Virus record (IMG/VR): IMGVR_UViG_3300049142_000052 | Location: 1-55,974 of that record | Length of the DNA stretch: 55,974 nt | Origin: a virus | Lineage: Duplodnaviria; Caudoviricetes | Direction: 5' to 3' (one strand) | Shown here: piece by piece, positions 37,547 through 46,348 of the stretch | Layout: every line of letters begins with the position of its first letter | Position numbering within the stretch: position 1 is the stretch's first letter | Position numbers and translations under genes: made by a program | The notes under the pieces: generated by a model | Databases searched by the model: none | Seen by the model: the letters and a program-made list of their open reading frames with translations, nothing else | Told to the model about the DNA's origin: nothing

Positions 37547-37780
37547 CTATGACTTCTCGGCGACGACGAACGTCCCCTTGTTCGGCAGCGTCACCACTAG
37601 GCCCCGCTCCCGCAGTTCCTGCACGGCTCGGCGTGCGGTTCCGGGCGCGACACCGTACTGGGCGCCCATGTCCCGCTCGTTCGGCAGCCGGGCCCCGCGG
37701 GGCAGCCGGCCCGAGCGGATCTCTGCCTCGACCTCGTCGGCGACCCGCATGTACACGTACCCGATCGGCACCTCACCCAT
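37547..37780 (-). CDS. GntR-family winged-HTH regulator (DNA-binding domain only)
   Basis: Y.RVAD.V..EI.SG.L..GARLPNER.M..QYGVA.GTARRA...L.ERGLV.T...KGTFV. Confidence 0.9.
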   Translation of the reverse strand: MGEVPIGYVYMRVADEVEAEIRSGRLPRGARLPNERDMGAQYGVAPGTARRAVQELRERGLVVTLPNKGTFVVAEKS

Positions 37781-37934
37781 GATCGAAACGTAGGGCTACA
37801 CCCAACGCCAGGCATCCGCAGATGGCGGCATGGGGCCCCATGTAGCGGTATGTAGCGGTACCGTCTGAACAGGGAAGACCCCCGCGACCGCGGACACGGC
37901 CCGGGGGCATGGCCGACGAACGGGAGCCGTCGAC

Positions 37935-38186
37935 GTGGACGAGCGTAAAGACCAGCCAGCCGCAGCGGAAAGACGGCGCCCGCCGGCCGTAGCCGCGGCC
38001 ACCCGGCTCAGCCCCGTACAGGAGGCCTACGCCGAGTACGCCAGCCACGCCACCCGGTGCACCGCCTGCCGTGACATCGAGCAGAGCTGCCTGGCTGGTA
38101 ACGAGCTGCACCGTACCTGGCGAGTCCTGGCGAACGCGGCCCTCGATCAGCTGGCCGGCAGGGCGCCGTCGCCTCCGAGGCAATGA
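37935..38186 (+). CDS. Small Zn-binding hypothetical protein (HxxxCxxC...C)
   Basis: RBS GGGAG; divergent from GntR gene. Confidence 0.6.
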   Translation: MDERKDQPAAAERRRPPAVAAATRLSPVQEAYAEYASHATRCTACRDIEQSCLAGNELHRTWRVLANAALDQLAGRAPSPPRQ

Positions 38187-38369
38187 TCGACGCGGATTCG
38201 ATACCAGGCAGGAAAGCCCAGGCCAGAGCCTCGACGGGCGGTCACGGAAACGTGACGACTGTTCACGTTCCGCATGTAAATGGGCGGCGCAGGCACTTCC
38301 GTTCCTGATCAACGTACTGTTGAATTCTGGTCTATAGCCCCGGTCAGAAATCGGCCGCAGCGGTGAAAT

Positions 38370-38612
38370 CTAGCCGTGAAGGAGGTCGACGACGTGTACC
38401 CGCAGAGCGTGAGCGATCAGCAGGAGGTCCGAGTACTGCGGATCCCGCACCGCGTTCTCGTAGCGCTGGATGCTCCTCCGCTCCATCCCGGCTAGATGTG
38501 CCAGCTCTTCCTGTGACAGGCCGGCCTGGCGACGTAAGTCGGCGATCCGATGCCCTAGGGCGACACGGCGTTGCGTGACCCAGTCGGGTCGGGGGTTACG
38601 GCGGGCTGGCAC
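38370..38612 (-). CDS. XRE-family HTH regulator containing a TTA codon
   Basis: RIADLRRQAGLSQEELA.LAG.ERRSIQRYE; Leu TTA at 38537-38535; start could extend to 38666. Confidence 0.85.
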   Translation of the reverse strand: MPARRNPRPDWVTQRRVALGHRIADLRRQAGLSQEELAHLAGMERRSIQRYENAVRDPQYSDLLLIAHALRVHVVDLLHG

Positions 38613-38854
38613 CCACGACACGCTTCGGTGTTCGTGATCTTGTGTCAGTACCCAAACGGTCGCCAAGCGATCAAGATTGAGTCCAGCCTGGAGGTGAGCT
38701 CACGCCGCAGGGTCGTCGAGAGTGTTCAGGAATCGAATACATGTTCACCCCTTCGGGTGAACCGCGCCCAGCCAGCGCATCCCGCACCACCCGCCGGGAA
38801 AACGGGCTACACCCCCCACGCCCAACCCCGTCGTCCGAGCACACAGGAGAAGGC

Positions 38855-39094
38855 ATGGACCGCCAGCAGATCCTCGACCTCTACGAGTGGGCGCCCGGGG
38901 TCTGTTTCCGTCATCCCGCGAAGGGTGAGGTCCCCACGGCCGTGGTCGGCGTTGTTCATCCGCGGGCCGCTGGCGAGAGGGAAGTGCGCGGCTGCGCCGA
39001 ATGCGTTCTCACCCTTGAGGGCGCCCGGCGTGAGCAAGCCGCCCGCACGGGCGGCGAGTACCAGCCGGGACGGCTCGGGAAGGTGTCGGGATAA
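38855..39094 (+). CDS. Small Zn-binding hypothetical protein
   Basis: RBS AGGAG; ILDLYEW..G.CFRHP...C.ECV. Confidence 0.65.
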   Translation: MDRQQILDLYEWAPGVCFRHPAKGEVPTAVVGVVHPRAAGEREVRGCAECVLTLEGARREQAARTGGEYQPGRLGKVSG

Positions 39095-39284
39095 CCCGTC
39101 CCAACAGGTCCAACGACGCTCTCAGGGGGCAGCTGCTTGGGGAGGATCTGGGGAGCGAGGTTCCCAGGGGAGCACCTGGGGAGGGGCAAGTTTCGATGTC
39201 AAAGGAACTCAAAGGATCCGGCGGGCAGTGAAAGGATGCTGGTCACGGGCGGTGCACCCCGTCACCGCTCCCGTCGTCGCAGAC

Positions 39285-39395
39285 CGCACCTCCCTCGCCT
39301 GGCAGAACTCCGGATACAACCAGCCGCCGCACACCGGCTTCTTCCTCGGCGACGGCATGCCGGCGGCACCGAGGCCGGTGGTCTACACGCCGTGA
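39285..39395 (+). pseudogene. 3' fragment of PL11 rhamnogalacturonan lyase (YesW/YesX-like) gene, likely att homology
   Basis: RTSLAWQNSGYNQPPHTGFFLGDGM...VYTP*, the characteristic PL11 C-terminal motif; no start codon or upstream homology. Confidence 0.75.
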
Positions 39396-39434
39396 GTCTC
39401 TGAACAGGGAAAATGCCGTCCGGCGCTTCATCGA

Positions 39435-39471
39435 AACGGCGGCCGACCGCGTACTGCGGTCGACCGCCGTT
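39435..39471. terminator. Hairpin between lyase fragment and integrase 3' end
   Basis: AACGGCGGCCGACCGC-GTACT-GCGGTCGACCGCCGTT. Confidence 0.7.
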
Positions 39472-39512
39472 GTCACGTTTTCTTCGCTGGGGAGGATCTG
39501 GGGAGATCCACT

Positions 39513-40829
39513 TCAAGAGCGCTCCCCAGGAGGCCCGTCAACCTCGGCCGGCTCCCCGGACATGAACCGCCCGATCGCCGCCCGGCCTCGGCTCCCGGAC
39601 TTCGGCTGGAAGTGCACATAGGTCCTGAGCGTGAACGCCGGATCGGTGTGCCCGAGCCATGCAGCCAACTGGGTAATGGTCTCACCCTCGGCCAGTACGA
39701 CGCTAGCGAAGGTGTGCCGCAGGACGTGGAAGCCGAACTCCCGCGGCATCTGCCACGTTTCCTTCCGCCACGGCTGTTTGCCGTTCTTGGGCTCCACGTA
39801 TGTGATCTCGGCGGGCGGAATGAGCCCGGCGTCGACGAGCGCCGGCTTCCAGTGCCGGTCGTTGAACGTGTCCTTGTTGATGGCCCCGCCGTTCAACCCG
39901 TTGGTGAACTGGGTGGTGGCGAGCAGGCGGACCGTCCGTTTGGGGCGCTCCTCCCAGGCGAGGCTGGGCCGCGCGGGATCAACCCAAGGCAGCGTCACCT
40001 CGATGGTGGGGAACCGGTTCGCGTACTCCTTGATGGCCTTTGCCAGTTCCGGAGCGCATGGGGCGACGCGCTCCTTGTTGCCCTTCGGCGGCCCGAACCC
40101 GAACTTGCCGTTCACTTTGATGATCTGCCGCACGACGTTGATGTCCTCGCCGTCCACGTCGTCGGGGGAGAAGCCGAGAGCTTCTCCTTGTCGCAGGCCC
40201 GCCCCGACGGCCAGGTCGACGAGAATGCGGTAGCGCTCCGGCAGCGCGAGCCGCACTGCTGCGACGGTCTGCTGCTCCCACGCCAGGGCCTTCGACTTGG
40301 GCAGGCGTGGCGCCCGCAGGTCGTCGTCCCGGAACGGGTTGACGGGGATCCGCTTGGCCTTGTGGGCGGCCTGCAGGATCGTGGAGAAGTGCGCCCAGGT
40401 GACGACGAGCGTGCCCACGTCGATGTGCTGCTCGGCCCGAGTCTGCCAGGCCTGGATCTCCTCATAGCCGATGCGGTTCAACGGCATCGCACCGATGTGA
40501 GGGAGGATGTGGTTGAACACCTTCGACCGCACCGACGCTCTGGTGGAGGGCGGATACCTGGTGTGCGGCCACCAGTGATTGCGCACGTAGTCTTCGAGCG
40601 TGATGGACCCGTCTCGCGGGTCGTACCACTCGCCCCGGCCGCTACCGGACTGAGCCTCGGCCAACCACTTCTTCGCCGCCGCCAGCTGCTTGTCGGGGAA
40701 CGAACGGGACCGCACGCCGGGAATGCCGGTGACCTTGTACCGCTTGCCCTGGCCGTGCCGCTCGGTGGGGACGGTGCGCTTGCCGTCGGGGCCCTTCTTG
40801 TACCAGCGGTCCTCGATGTACCCGGCCAC
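39513..40829 (-). CDS. int: Tyrosine integrase
   Basis: GAGLRQGEALG (R), PPKGNKER (K), FHVLRHTFAS (HxxR), LGH, TLRTYVH (Y). Confidence 0.95.
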   Translation of the reverse strand: MAGYIEDRWYKKGPDGKRTVPTERHGQGKRYKVTGIPGVRSRSFPDKQLAAAKKWLAEAQSGSGRGEWYDPRDGSITLEDYVRNHWWPHTRYPPSTRASVRSKVFNHILPHIGAMPLNRIGYEEIQAWQTRAEQHIDVGTLVVTWAHFSTILQAAHKAKRIPVNPFRDDDLRAPRLPKSKALAWEQQTVAAVRLALPERYRILVDLAVGAGLRQGEALGFSPDDVDGEDINVVRQIIKVNGKFGFGPPKGNKERVAPCAPELAKAIKEYANRFPTIEVTLPWVDPARPSLAWEERPKRTVRLLATTQFTNGLNGGAINKDTFNDRHWKPALVDAGLIPPAEITYVEPKNGKQPWRKETWQMPREFGFHVLRHTFASVVLAEGETITQLAAWLGHTDPAFTLRTYVHFQPKSGSRGRAAIGRFMSGEPAEVDGPPGERS

Positions 40830-40842
40830 TACGCCCCCTTGC

Positions 40843-41292
40843 TCAGACCCCGCTCATCGTCTCCGGGGAGGCATCGATGATCTCACCGCCGTACAACTGG
40901 AACCAATGTCCAGCCTCGAGGAACTGCTGGGTGGCGGGGTTCATGACGGCGGCGAACGCGCGCGTGGTCAGACCTGGGTTGATGTAGACGTGGACAACAC
41001 CCCTGTCCTCGGCGACGCCGGCGCCGATGGTGTACGGAAAACGTCCGTCGAGGATGTACTCGATGCGCAGCGGGCGACCGGGGGTGTCGCGGGAAACGAT
41101 CTCGTCCTCCCACAGTTGGAACCACTGCGCGGACTGCATGAATCGGTCGATCTCATCGTTCAGGGCGGGTACGACCTCCGCCAGGGGAGCGGTACCGTCG
41201 AGGCGGACCCGGACTCTGCCGCGGTCCTCGTCTATCTGGGCCAGACGGCCGGGCGTCAGCATGTCGCTGATTTCGTAGGTGACGTGCAGCAT
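40843..41292 (-). CDS. Conserved hypothetical protein with internal duplication, between repressor and integrase
   Basis: RBS GGAGG; repeats EDRG.V.V...F...WFQL...EI[VI]. Confidence 0.7.
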   Translation of the reverse strand: MLHVTYEISDMLTPGRLAQIDEDRGRVRVRLDGTAPLAEVVPALNDEIDRFMQSAQWFQLWEDEIVSRDTPGRPLRIEYILDGRFPYTIGAGVAEDRGVVHVYINPGLTTRAFAAVMNPATQQFLEAGHWFQLYGGEIIDASPETMSGV

Positions 41293-41456
41293 GAAGCCTC
41301 CCCGCGTCAACAGTGCACTTGTAGCCAGAACGGCCGGATGTGCACGGTTGTGGAAGAGTACGTCTCTCGGGGCGCGGCCACAATCAGTTGACGCTGTGTG
41401 TACTGAGAGGTAGCCGGGGCTGGACCGTCGTCTGCCCCGGCTGTCGCGCCTTACTC

Positions 41457-41915
41457 CTACTCCCCGGCCTCGCGCTTGGCGCGCTCCTCGGCCTCGATCA
41501 TGTAGCGCCACCGCATCAGTTCGGCCTTCGACTTGCCGGCGAGGTGACCGACGATGATGCGGACTTCTTCGTCGTAGCCGGCGAGCTCGGTGGCCTCGTA
41601 GAGGAGCCACTGCTCGGCTGTGGCTTCCTGCACGCGGCGGAACGGCTTCCCGATGGCGTTGGCGATGGCGCGCATTTGTGAGGGGGAAGGCGGGTTGACG
41701 GGCGGAGTTTTGACAAGCTTCTGGTACCACTGCTTCGGGAGCTTGTTGCCGTCCTGGTCGACGCCGCGGTCTGCCATCTCCTGGTAGGTGATGCCTGACT
41801 GGTTGGCGTCCAGGATGAGCCGGGAGAGCGCTCCTGCAGGGGTTGGCTCGGCCGCGCCTTGGTCAGGGGCGGTGGCCGCTGCCTTCATATCGTCGTCCTC
41901 TCGCGTCACTGTCAC
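41457..41915 (-). CDS. Immunity repressor (XRE-like)
   Basis: ITYQEMADRG.D...P..SQMRAIA.A...P.RRVQEA.AEQW; divergent from Cro-like gene. Confidence 0.7.
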   Translation of the reverse strand: MTVTREDDDMKAAATAPDQGAAEPTPAGALSRLILDANQSGITYQEMADRGVDQDGNKLPKQWYQKLVKTPPVNPPSPSQMRAIANAIGKPFRRVQEATAEQWLLYEATELAGYDEEVRIIVGHLAGKSKAELMRWRYMIEAEERAKREAGE

Positions 41916-41985
41916 ACCGGCTGTCTCTAGGGAGATGGGCTAGGGCGGGCAAACTAGCAGGTCAGTCCCTACAACCATCCTGCAT

Positions 41986-42093
41986 CCGGGACAGTCCGTC
42001 CACGATTCAATGCTATCCGGCCAGAAATGATGCCGATACTCGGCGGTAGTCGTCCCGATTCTGTTGACATGCTGTCCCGGTGAGGGTTAACTC
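41986..42093. promoter_or_regulatory. Genetic switch: rightward promoter (TTGACA 42064-42069) and inverted operator-like half-sites CCGGGACAG (41986-41994) / CTGTCCCGG (42072-42080)
   Basis: Divergent repressor/Cro interval; consensus -35; -10 less clear. Confidence 0.5.
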
Positions 42094-42132
42094 AAGGGCA
42101 GTGAAAGGCACCTCTGCAACGGGGGAGATCCA

Positions 42133-42375
42133 TTGAGTGTGCGCTACCGCCTGAGAGACCTGGAAACCTTCAAAAAAATCATGGAAGCCCCAGGTCGGGG
42201 GGTCCCTTACACCGTCCGCGACCTGGCGGACGCAACCGGTGTATCCCGCTCCCAGATAGGGCGTCTGCTCACCGGAGAGCTGGACAACCTCGACGTCAAC
42301 GACGCCCACGCAATCGCGGAGGCGCTCGGTGTCGCCGTCCTGGTCCTCTTCATGCCCCCCACGTCCCCGAAATAG
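42133..42375 (+). CDS. Cro-like HTH regulator
   Basis: TVRDLADATGVSRSQIGRLLTG...IAEALGV...LF. Confidence 0.8.
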   Translation: MSVRYRLRDLETFKKIMEAPGRGVPYTVRDLADATGVSRSQIGRLLTGELDNLDVNDAHAIAEALGVAVLVLFMPPTSPK

Positions 42376-42421
42376 GGACGCCCTGACCCAAGACTTCACC
42401 CTCACATGGAAAGGAGACGAC

Positions 42422-42706
42422 GTGCCAAGGCCCGCCAAGGTCCCCACGCCACCGCCCGCCGGCTACCTCTGGACCCCGGAAGCGGCCCGCCGAATCGGCC
42501 GCAGCGTCAAGACCCTCTGGAACTACGCACACCTCGGCAAGGGGCCCCGACCCGTGCGCATCGGTCGGAAGCTCGCCTACAAGATCACCGACCTGGACGC
42601 GTTCCTGAAGGCCGAGATGGAGGGCGAGCCCGACGCGACGCTCGCCCACGACTCCCGCCCGGCCGAACCGCGGGTCTCCCGCAAGCCGGCCCGCGCCGCC
42701 GCCTGA
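42422..42706 (+). CDS. Excisionase / AlpA-like HTH protein
   Basis: LWTPEAARRIG.S.KTL.NY...GKGP...RIGRKLAY...DLDAFL. Confidence 0.8.
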   Translation: MPRPAKVPTPPPAGYLWTPEAARRIGRSVKTLWNYAHLGKGPRPVRIGRKLAYKITDLDAFLKAEMEGEPDATLAHDSRPAEPRVSRKPARAAA

Positions 42707-42789
42707 GCGGCAAAGAGGCCACCCCAACGGCCAAGTCCGGGTGACCTCGACGCGATCAACCCTCCCACCAGATGAAAGGAGGGAGCCGC

Positions 42790-43548
42790 GTGGCTCCCAG
42801 TATCTCATCCGACCTCGACCCGTTCTGGGTCAAGCAGCGCGAGGCGTTCCTCGCCGAGAAGAGCACGAGCGCCGACCCGTCTGCGTGCGGCACCTGCCGC
42901 GGTCTCGCCGAGGCCGGGCAGCCGGTGGAGCACGACGGCTGTGCCCAGCGCGCCACGCTCCTGCACGCCCCGGACCACCCGCACTACGAGATCCTCGCCG
43001 GCTTCTCCCTGGAGGAGAACGCGAAGCTGCCGGCCCGCTTCCACGTCCCCGTCTTCGACGACTGCGGCAAGCCGAACGCCTGGCTGTGCGCCGTCTGCTG
43101 GGAAGAGGGCACCGTCGTGCAGTGGCCGTGCGCCACCGCCACCAAGTACGGCACGCAGGTCTTCACCCCGCAGCACGAAGCCGAGACGGTGCAGAAGAAG
43201 CAGGCGGCCCGCATCGCCGAGCTGGAGAACGCCCTGGCGGCCACCGGCCGGTCGCTGTCGAGCTTCATCTTCGACTCCGACGACCCCGGCGCTGACGCCT
43301 TGGGAGCCCAGTGGCTCTACCACCAGGCGATGCCGCAGGCGGATGACCCGTTCGCTCAGCCTCGCGCCTTCCGTTCCAGCGTCTTCTCCGAGGCCGCCAA
43401 GACCGTCGAGGAGATGGGCGGGCGCCCGTCGGACGGCGAGTACTCGCAGGAGTACCTCAACGGCTACTCGCACGCCTTGGAGGACGCGGCCGAACGCCTG
43501 GCGAAGATCGCCGACCAGGCGGCCGAAGGAACCGAGGTGTCCTCATGA
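42790..43548 (+). CDS. Hypothetical protein with Cys motifs
   Basis: RBS GGAGG; CxxC, CAVC...WPC.T. Confidence 0.6.
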   Translation: MAPSISSDLDPFWVKQREAFLAEKSTSADPSACGTCRGLAEAGQPVEHDGCAQRATLLHAPDHPHYEILAGFSLEENAKLPARFHVPVFDDCGKPNAWLCAVCWEEGTVVQWPCATATKYGTQVFTPQHEAETVQKKQAARIAELENALAATGRSLSSFIFDSDDPGADALGAQWLYHQAMPQADDPFAQPRAFRSSVFSEAAKTVEEMGGRPSDGEYSQEYLNGYSHALEDAAERLAKIADQAAEGTEVSS

Positions 43549-43910
43549 ACGCCCGCGCCCGCTTGAGGCTGATGATCCGCACGAGTGCCGGCCAGATGAC
43601 GGTCTGGTCCGACGCCGAGGTGGACGCCGCGTTCGCCGACTACCGAGCCGAGGTTCGCGCCGAGGCTCTCGCTGAGGCGAAGGCCGAGGTCGTGGACTGG
43701 CTGGTGAAGAAGGCCCACGAGGGAACCGAGGTAGCCCGTCTCGCAGACAAGGTCGAGCGGGGCGCGATCCGGCTCTTCTTTGACGCCGAGCGTTCAGCGG
43801 CGGTCGCCCCGCAGCACTACGACAAGGTGCCGGACCCGCAGGACGGGTGCCACTGGTGCGCGTGCGGCAACCGCTGGCCATGCAAGGACGCCGGGGCGGT
43901 GGCGTCATGA
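43545..43910 (+). CDS. Hypothetical protein
   Basis: ATGA overlap; C-terminal C.CG..WPC. Confidence 0.55.
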   Translation: MNARARLRLMIRTSAGQMTVWSDAEVDAAFADYRAEVRAEALAEAKAEVVDWLVKKAHEGTEVARLADKVERGAIRLFFDAERSAAVAPQHYDKVPDPQDGCHWCACGNRWPCKDAGAVAS

Positions 43911-44314
43911 CCAGCACGATGGAGTGGATCCGCCGCACCTATGACGTGCCCGCCCGTCATGGCATGCGCATCGAGTACGACGGGAAGCCCGCCACGATCG
44001 TCGGCACTCGCGGCCCGTACCTCGCCTTCCGCATCGACGGCGAGAAGCGCATCACCATCAGCCACCCGTGCTACCGCATCGTCTACCCGGCCCTCCCCGA
44101 GCCCGCCCGCCCTCGCGGCTGGTGCAAGCACTGCGGCCAGGACCGGGCGATGACCGCCGACGGAGTCATGGGCCGCCACCACTGGAGTGGCCGCGACTAC
44201 CTGGGGTCTCGCACCTTCCGCTGGTCCAAGCCCTGCCCCGGTACCGGCAAGCCGCCGTGGAAGCCCGTCCGCAACCTAACCCACCCCGGCGAGCAGAGGC
44301 AGGTGGCGGCATGA
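43907..44314 (+). CDS. Conserved phage protein (IRRTY.VPA..GMR SH3-like domain plus Zn ribbon)
   Basis: ATGA overlap; motif. Confidence 0.65.
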   Translation: MTSTMEWIRRTYDVPARHGMRIEYDGKPATIVGTRGPYLAFRIDGEKRITISHPCYRIVYPALPEPARPRGWCKHCGQDRAMTADGVMGRHHWSGRDYLGSRTFRWSKPCPGTGKPPWKPVRNLTHPGEQRQVAA

Positions 44315-44892
44315 ACATCTCTCCCATCCACTGCCCCGACTCTGACTGCTTCTGGGCGGCGCACGGTATCCCCGACCAGTACACGGAGGCCCGCGACTGG
44401 CACCTGGCCGCGCACCGTGCGGAGGAGCACGGTGAGCCGCTGACGGAAGAGCAGATCGCCTACGCGACGAGGGCCGGGCACGTGATCCCGGGCACCGCGA
44501 AGACGACCGCCGCCGCTGTGGCCGCCGTGGGTGCGCTGCCGGTGCCGGTCGGCGACGAGCCGCAGCCGCTGACCGACGCGCGGCTCGCGGAGATTGCGGA
44601 GCGCACGCCGAAGCGGGCCGCCGCCCTCACCGCGTGGATCGACAAGTTCTCCCCGCTCGACGGCCAGCGGGACCTGGAGAACGCGGAGACCGTGCTGGAA
44701 GAGGACGTCCCCGCCCTGCTCGCCGAGGTCCAGCGTCTCAAGGCGGAGCGGCACTCGACGAACGAGGCCCTCGACGACGCGGTGAAGGCACTGCGCGACA
44801 TGCGGGACCGGCTCGCCGAGCACGAGTCCACCGCCGCCAAGCCGGCCGGGATGCACCACGCCATCCGCACCGACTCCGCCGAGGAGGCGTGA
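44311..44892 (+). CDS. Hypothetical protein
   Basis: ATGA overlap; DVPALLAEV.RL coiled coil. Confidence 0.6.
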   Translation: MNISPIHCPDSDCFWAAHGIPDQYTEARDWHLAAHRAEEHGEPLTEEQIAYATRAGHVIPGTAKTTAAAVAAVGALPVPVGDEPQPLTDARLAEIAERTPKRAAALTAWIDKFSPLDGQRDLENAETVLEEDVPALLAEVQRLKAERHSTNEALDDAVKALRDMRDRLAEHESTAAKPAGMHHAIRTDSAEEA

Positions 44893-45062
44893 TGCCGCAA
44901 ACCCGCGAGCGCCGCATGTACCTCGCCTGGAAGGCCCAGAAGAGGCGCCACGACTACCGGCACGGCGAGCAGCACGGCCCGCTGATGAAGGTCGCCCGCC
45001 GCTTCGGAGTCCCGATCCGTGTCGTCCGTGACGCCATCGAAACCCAGAGGAGCGCGCGATGA
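44892..45062 (+). CDS. Small basic HTH-like protein
   Basis: TGATG overlap; KVARRFGVPIRVVRD. Confidence 0.5.
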   Translation: MPQTRERRMYLAWKAQKRRHDYRHGEQHGPLMKVARRFGVPIRVVRDAIETQRSAR

Positions 45063-45307
45063 GCGCTGACATCTACGGCGGGATAACCGTCGACCTGAAC
45101 GACGCCCCGATCCGCTGCGAGTTCGACCGCGGGATCGACGGGAGGCCGCTGGCCCGTCTCGTGATCGGAGAGGGAGCCCGCACCCTGGCGGTCACCGTGT
45201 CCAACTCCAGCCCGGAGAAGGTCGCCGAACTGGAGGAGACGGTCGCCCGGCTCGCCGCGTGGACGCAGCGCCGGGAGCAGACCAGGACACTGCCGGAGGT
45301 GGCGTGA
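45059..45307 (+). CDS. Hypothetical protein
   Basis: ATGA overlap; RBS GAGGAG. Confidence 0.6.
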   Translation: MSADIYGGITVDLNDAPIRCEFDRGIDGRPLARLVIGEGARTLAVTVSNSSPEKVAELEETVARLAAWTQRREQTRTLPEVA

Positions 45308-45549
45308 TGGTCGCGACTCTCGACGGCACGGCCATAGACCTGGACCGGGCACAGATCGCGGTAGACGGCTCCCACTGGCTGTGGACGTGCGACGTGTCGG
45401 ACGCCGGTGAGCCGCTGATGTGCCGGCTCGACGGCCCTCTCGACACGGTCCTGCCGCTCAGCTCCGTGCTCCTCAACCACGGGCCGATCGCCCCCGAACG
45501 GCAGCCCACCACCGCGGCCGACTACCGGCGCGTCCTGGAGGCGGCGTGA
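45307..45549 (+). CDS. Streptomyces phage phiSA1p31-like protein
   Basis: DLDR...DG..W.WT...GEPLM...LPL..V...HGP. Confidence 0.55.
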   Translation: MVATLDGTAIDLDRAQIAVDGSHWLWTCDVSDAGEPLMCRLDGPLDTVLPLSSVLLNHGPIAPERQPTTAADYRRVLEAA

Positions 45550-45764
45550 TGGCCCCGCTGCCGTCGCCGCGCCTGTCGCCGATGGCGGGCCTGCTGAACG
45601 CGATGGCCCGCCTGTACATCCGCCGGGCCCGTCCCATGGTCGCCGCGCAGCAGGTGGCGGTGGACGAGGCCCTCAACCTCAACCACCGACTCCGCACCGC
45701 CGCCAGCTTCCGTGAGACGGACGCCGCTGGCTACATCGACCGCACCGGACTGGAGAAGCCGTGA
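45549..45764 (+). CDS. Small hypothetical protein
   Basis: TGATG overlap chain. Confidence 0.45.
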   Translation: MAPLPSPRLSPMAGLLNAMARLYIRRARPMVAAQQVAVDEALNLNHRLRTAASFRETDAAGYIDRTGLEKP

Positions 45765-46249
45765 CGAGCATCTTCCCCCGCCTGCGCGGTACGGGCGCGC
45801 ACCGTGCCGACGACCGCATCGCCGAGCTGGAACGCCAGATGAAGGAACTGACGGCGGGCTACGAAGCGAGGCTGTCCGAGCTGCGCGAGGAGAACGTGGT
45901 CCTCCTCAACCGGCAGGCCGCCGCGGACGACTTCTTCATGATCCAGGACCAGTACACGACCGAGGTCGAGCAGGAACTGGCCGAGGAGAAGCGCGCCCAC
46001 GCCGCCACGCAGGCAGACCTGCAGGCCCGCACCCGGTGGGTGGCCGACCTCGAGAGGCGTCTCGCCGATGCCGAACGCCGCCTCGACGCCCGCAAGCTCG
46101 CCGAGACCGCGGTCACCGAGACGCAGGAACTCGACGTCGCCGAGATCCGCCGGCACTGCGTGATGCCGCTGCACCAGGCGCCGTTCGCCACCACCGACCC
46201 CGGCCGCGTCCCGCCCAGCTGGGCGCGCAAGGACGAGCCGGCCGCCTGA
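45761..46249 (+). CDS. Coiled-coil hypothetical protein
   Basis: G.GAHRA.D N-terminus; heptad repeats. Confidence 0.6.
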   Translation: MTSIFPRLRGTGAHRADDRIAELERQMKELTAGYEARLSELREENVVLLNRQAAADDFFMIQDQYTTEVEQELAEEKRAHAATQADLQARTRWVADLERRLADAERRLDARKLAETAVTETQELDVAEIRRHCVMPLHQAPFATTDPGRVPPSWARKDEPAA

Positions 46250-46348
46250 ACTCGCCGCCCCGCCGGATGACCACCGGCCGGCCGGGGCGGCGCACAAGAA
46301 GAACCCGCCCGGGGCTAACGGGCGGGATCCGCTACCAGCATCCAGGAG

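Larger units (their letters stand above)
39138..39529. other. attP region with arm-type repeats
   Basis: TGGGGAGGATCTGGGGAG at 39138-39155 and 39488-39505; variant at 39167-39183; inverted CTCCCCAG 39522-39529; AAAGGA repeats ~39200-39237; directly downstream of integrase. Confidence 0.75.

Noticed and set aside
38571-39395. 274-aa ORF ending in the lyase motif as a real gene
   Set aside because: Overlaps two better genes and the arm repeats; only the last ~36 codons look protein-like
39100-39510. tRNA or tmRNA fragment as att core
   Set aside because: No T-arm GTTCGA...CCA signature seen; no tRNA gene recognised anywhere in the window
39612-41391. Plus-strand ORFs 39612..40880 and 40690..41391
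   Set aside because: Antisense to integrase and its upstream gene; no motifs
40843-41730. 295-aa version of the gene upstream of int
   Set aside because: The N-terminal extension overlaps the repressor in another frame; a good RBS supports the start at 41292
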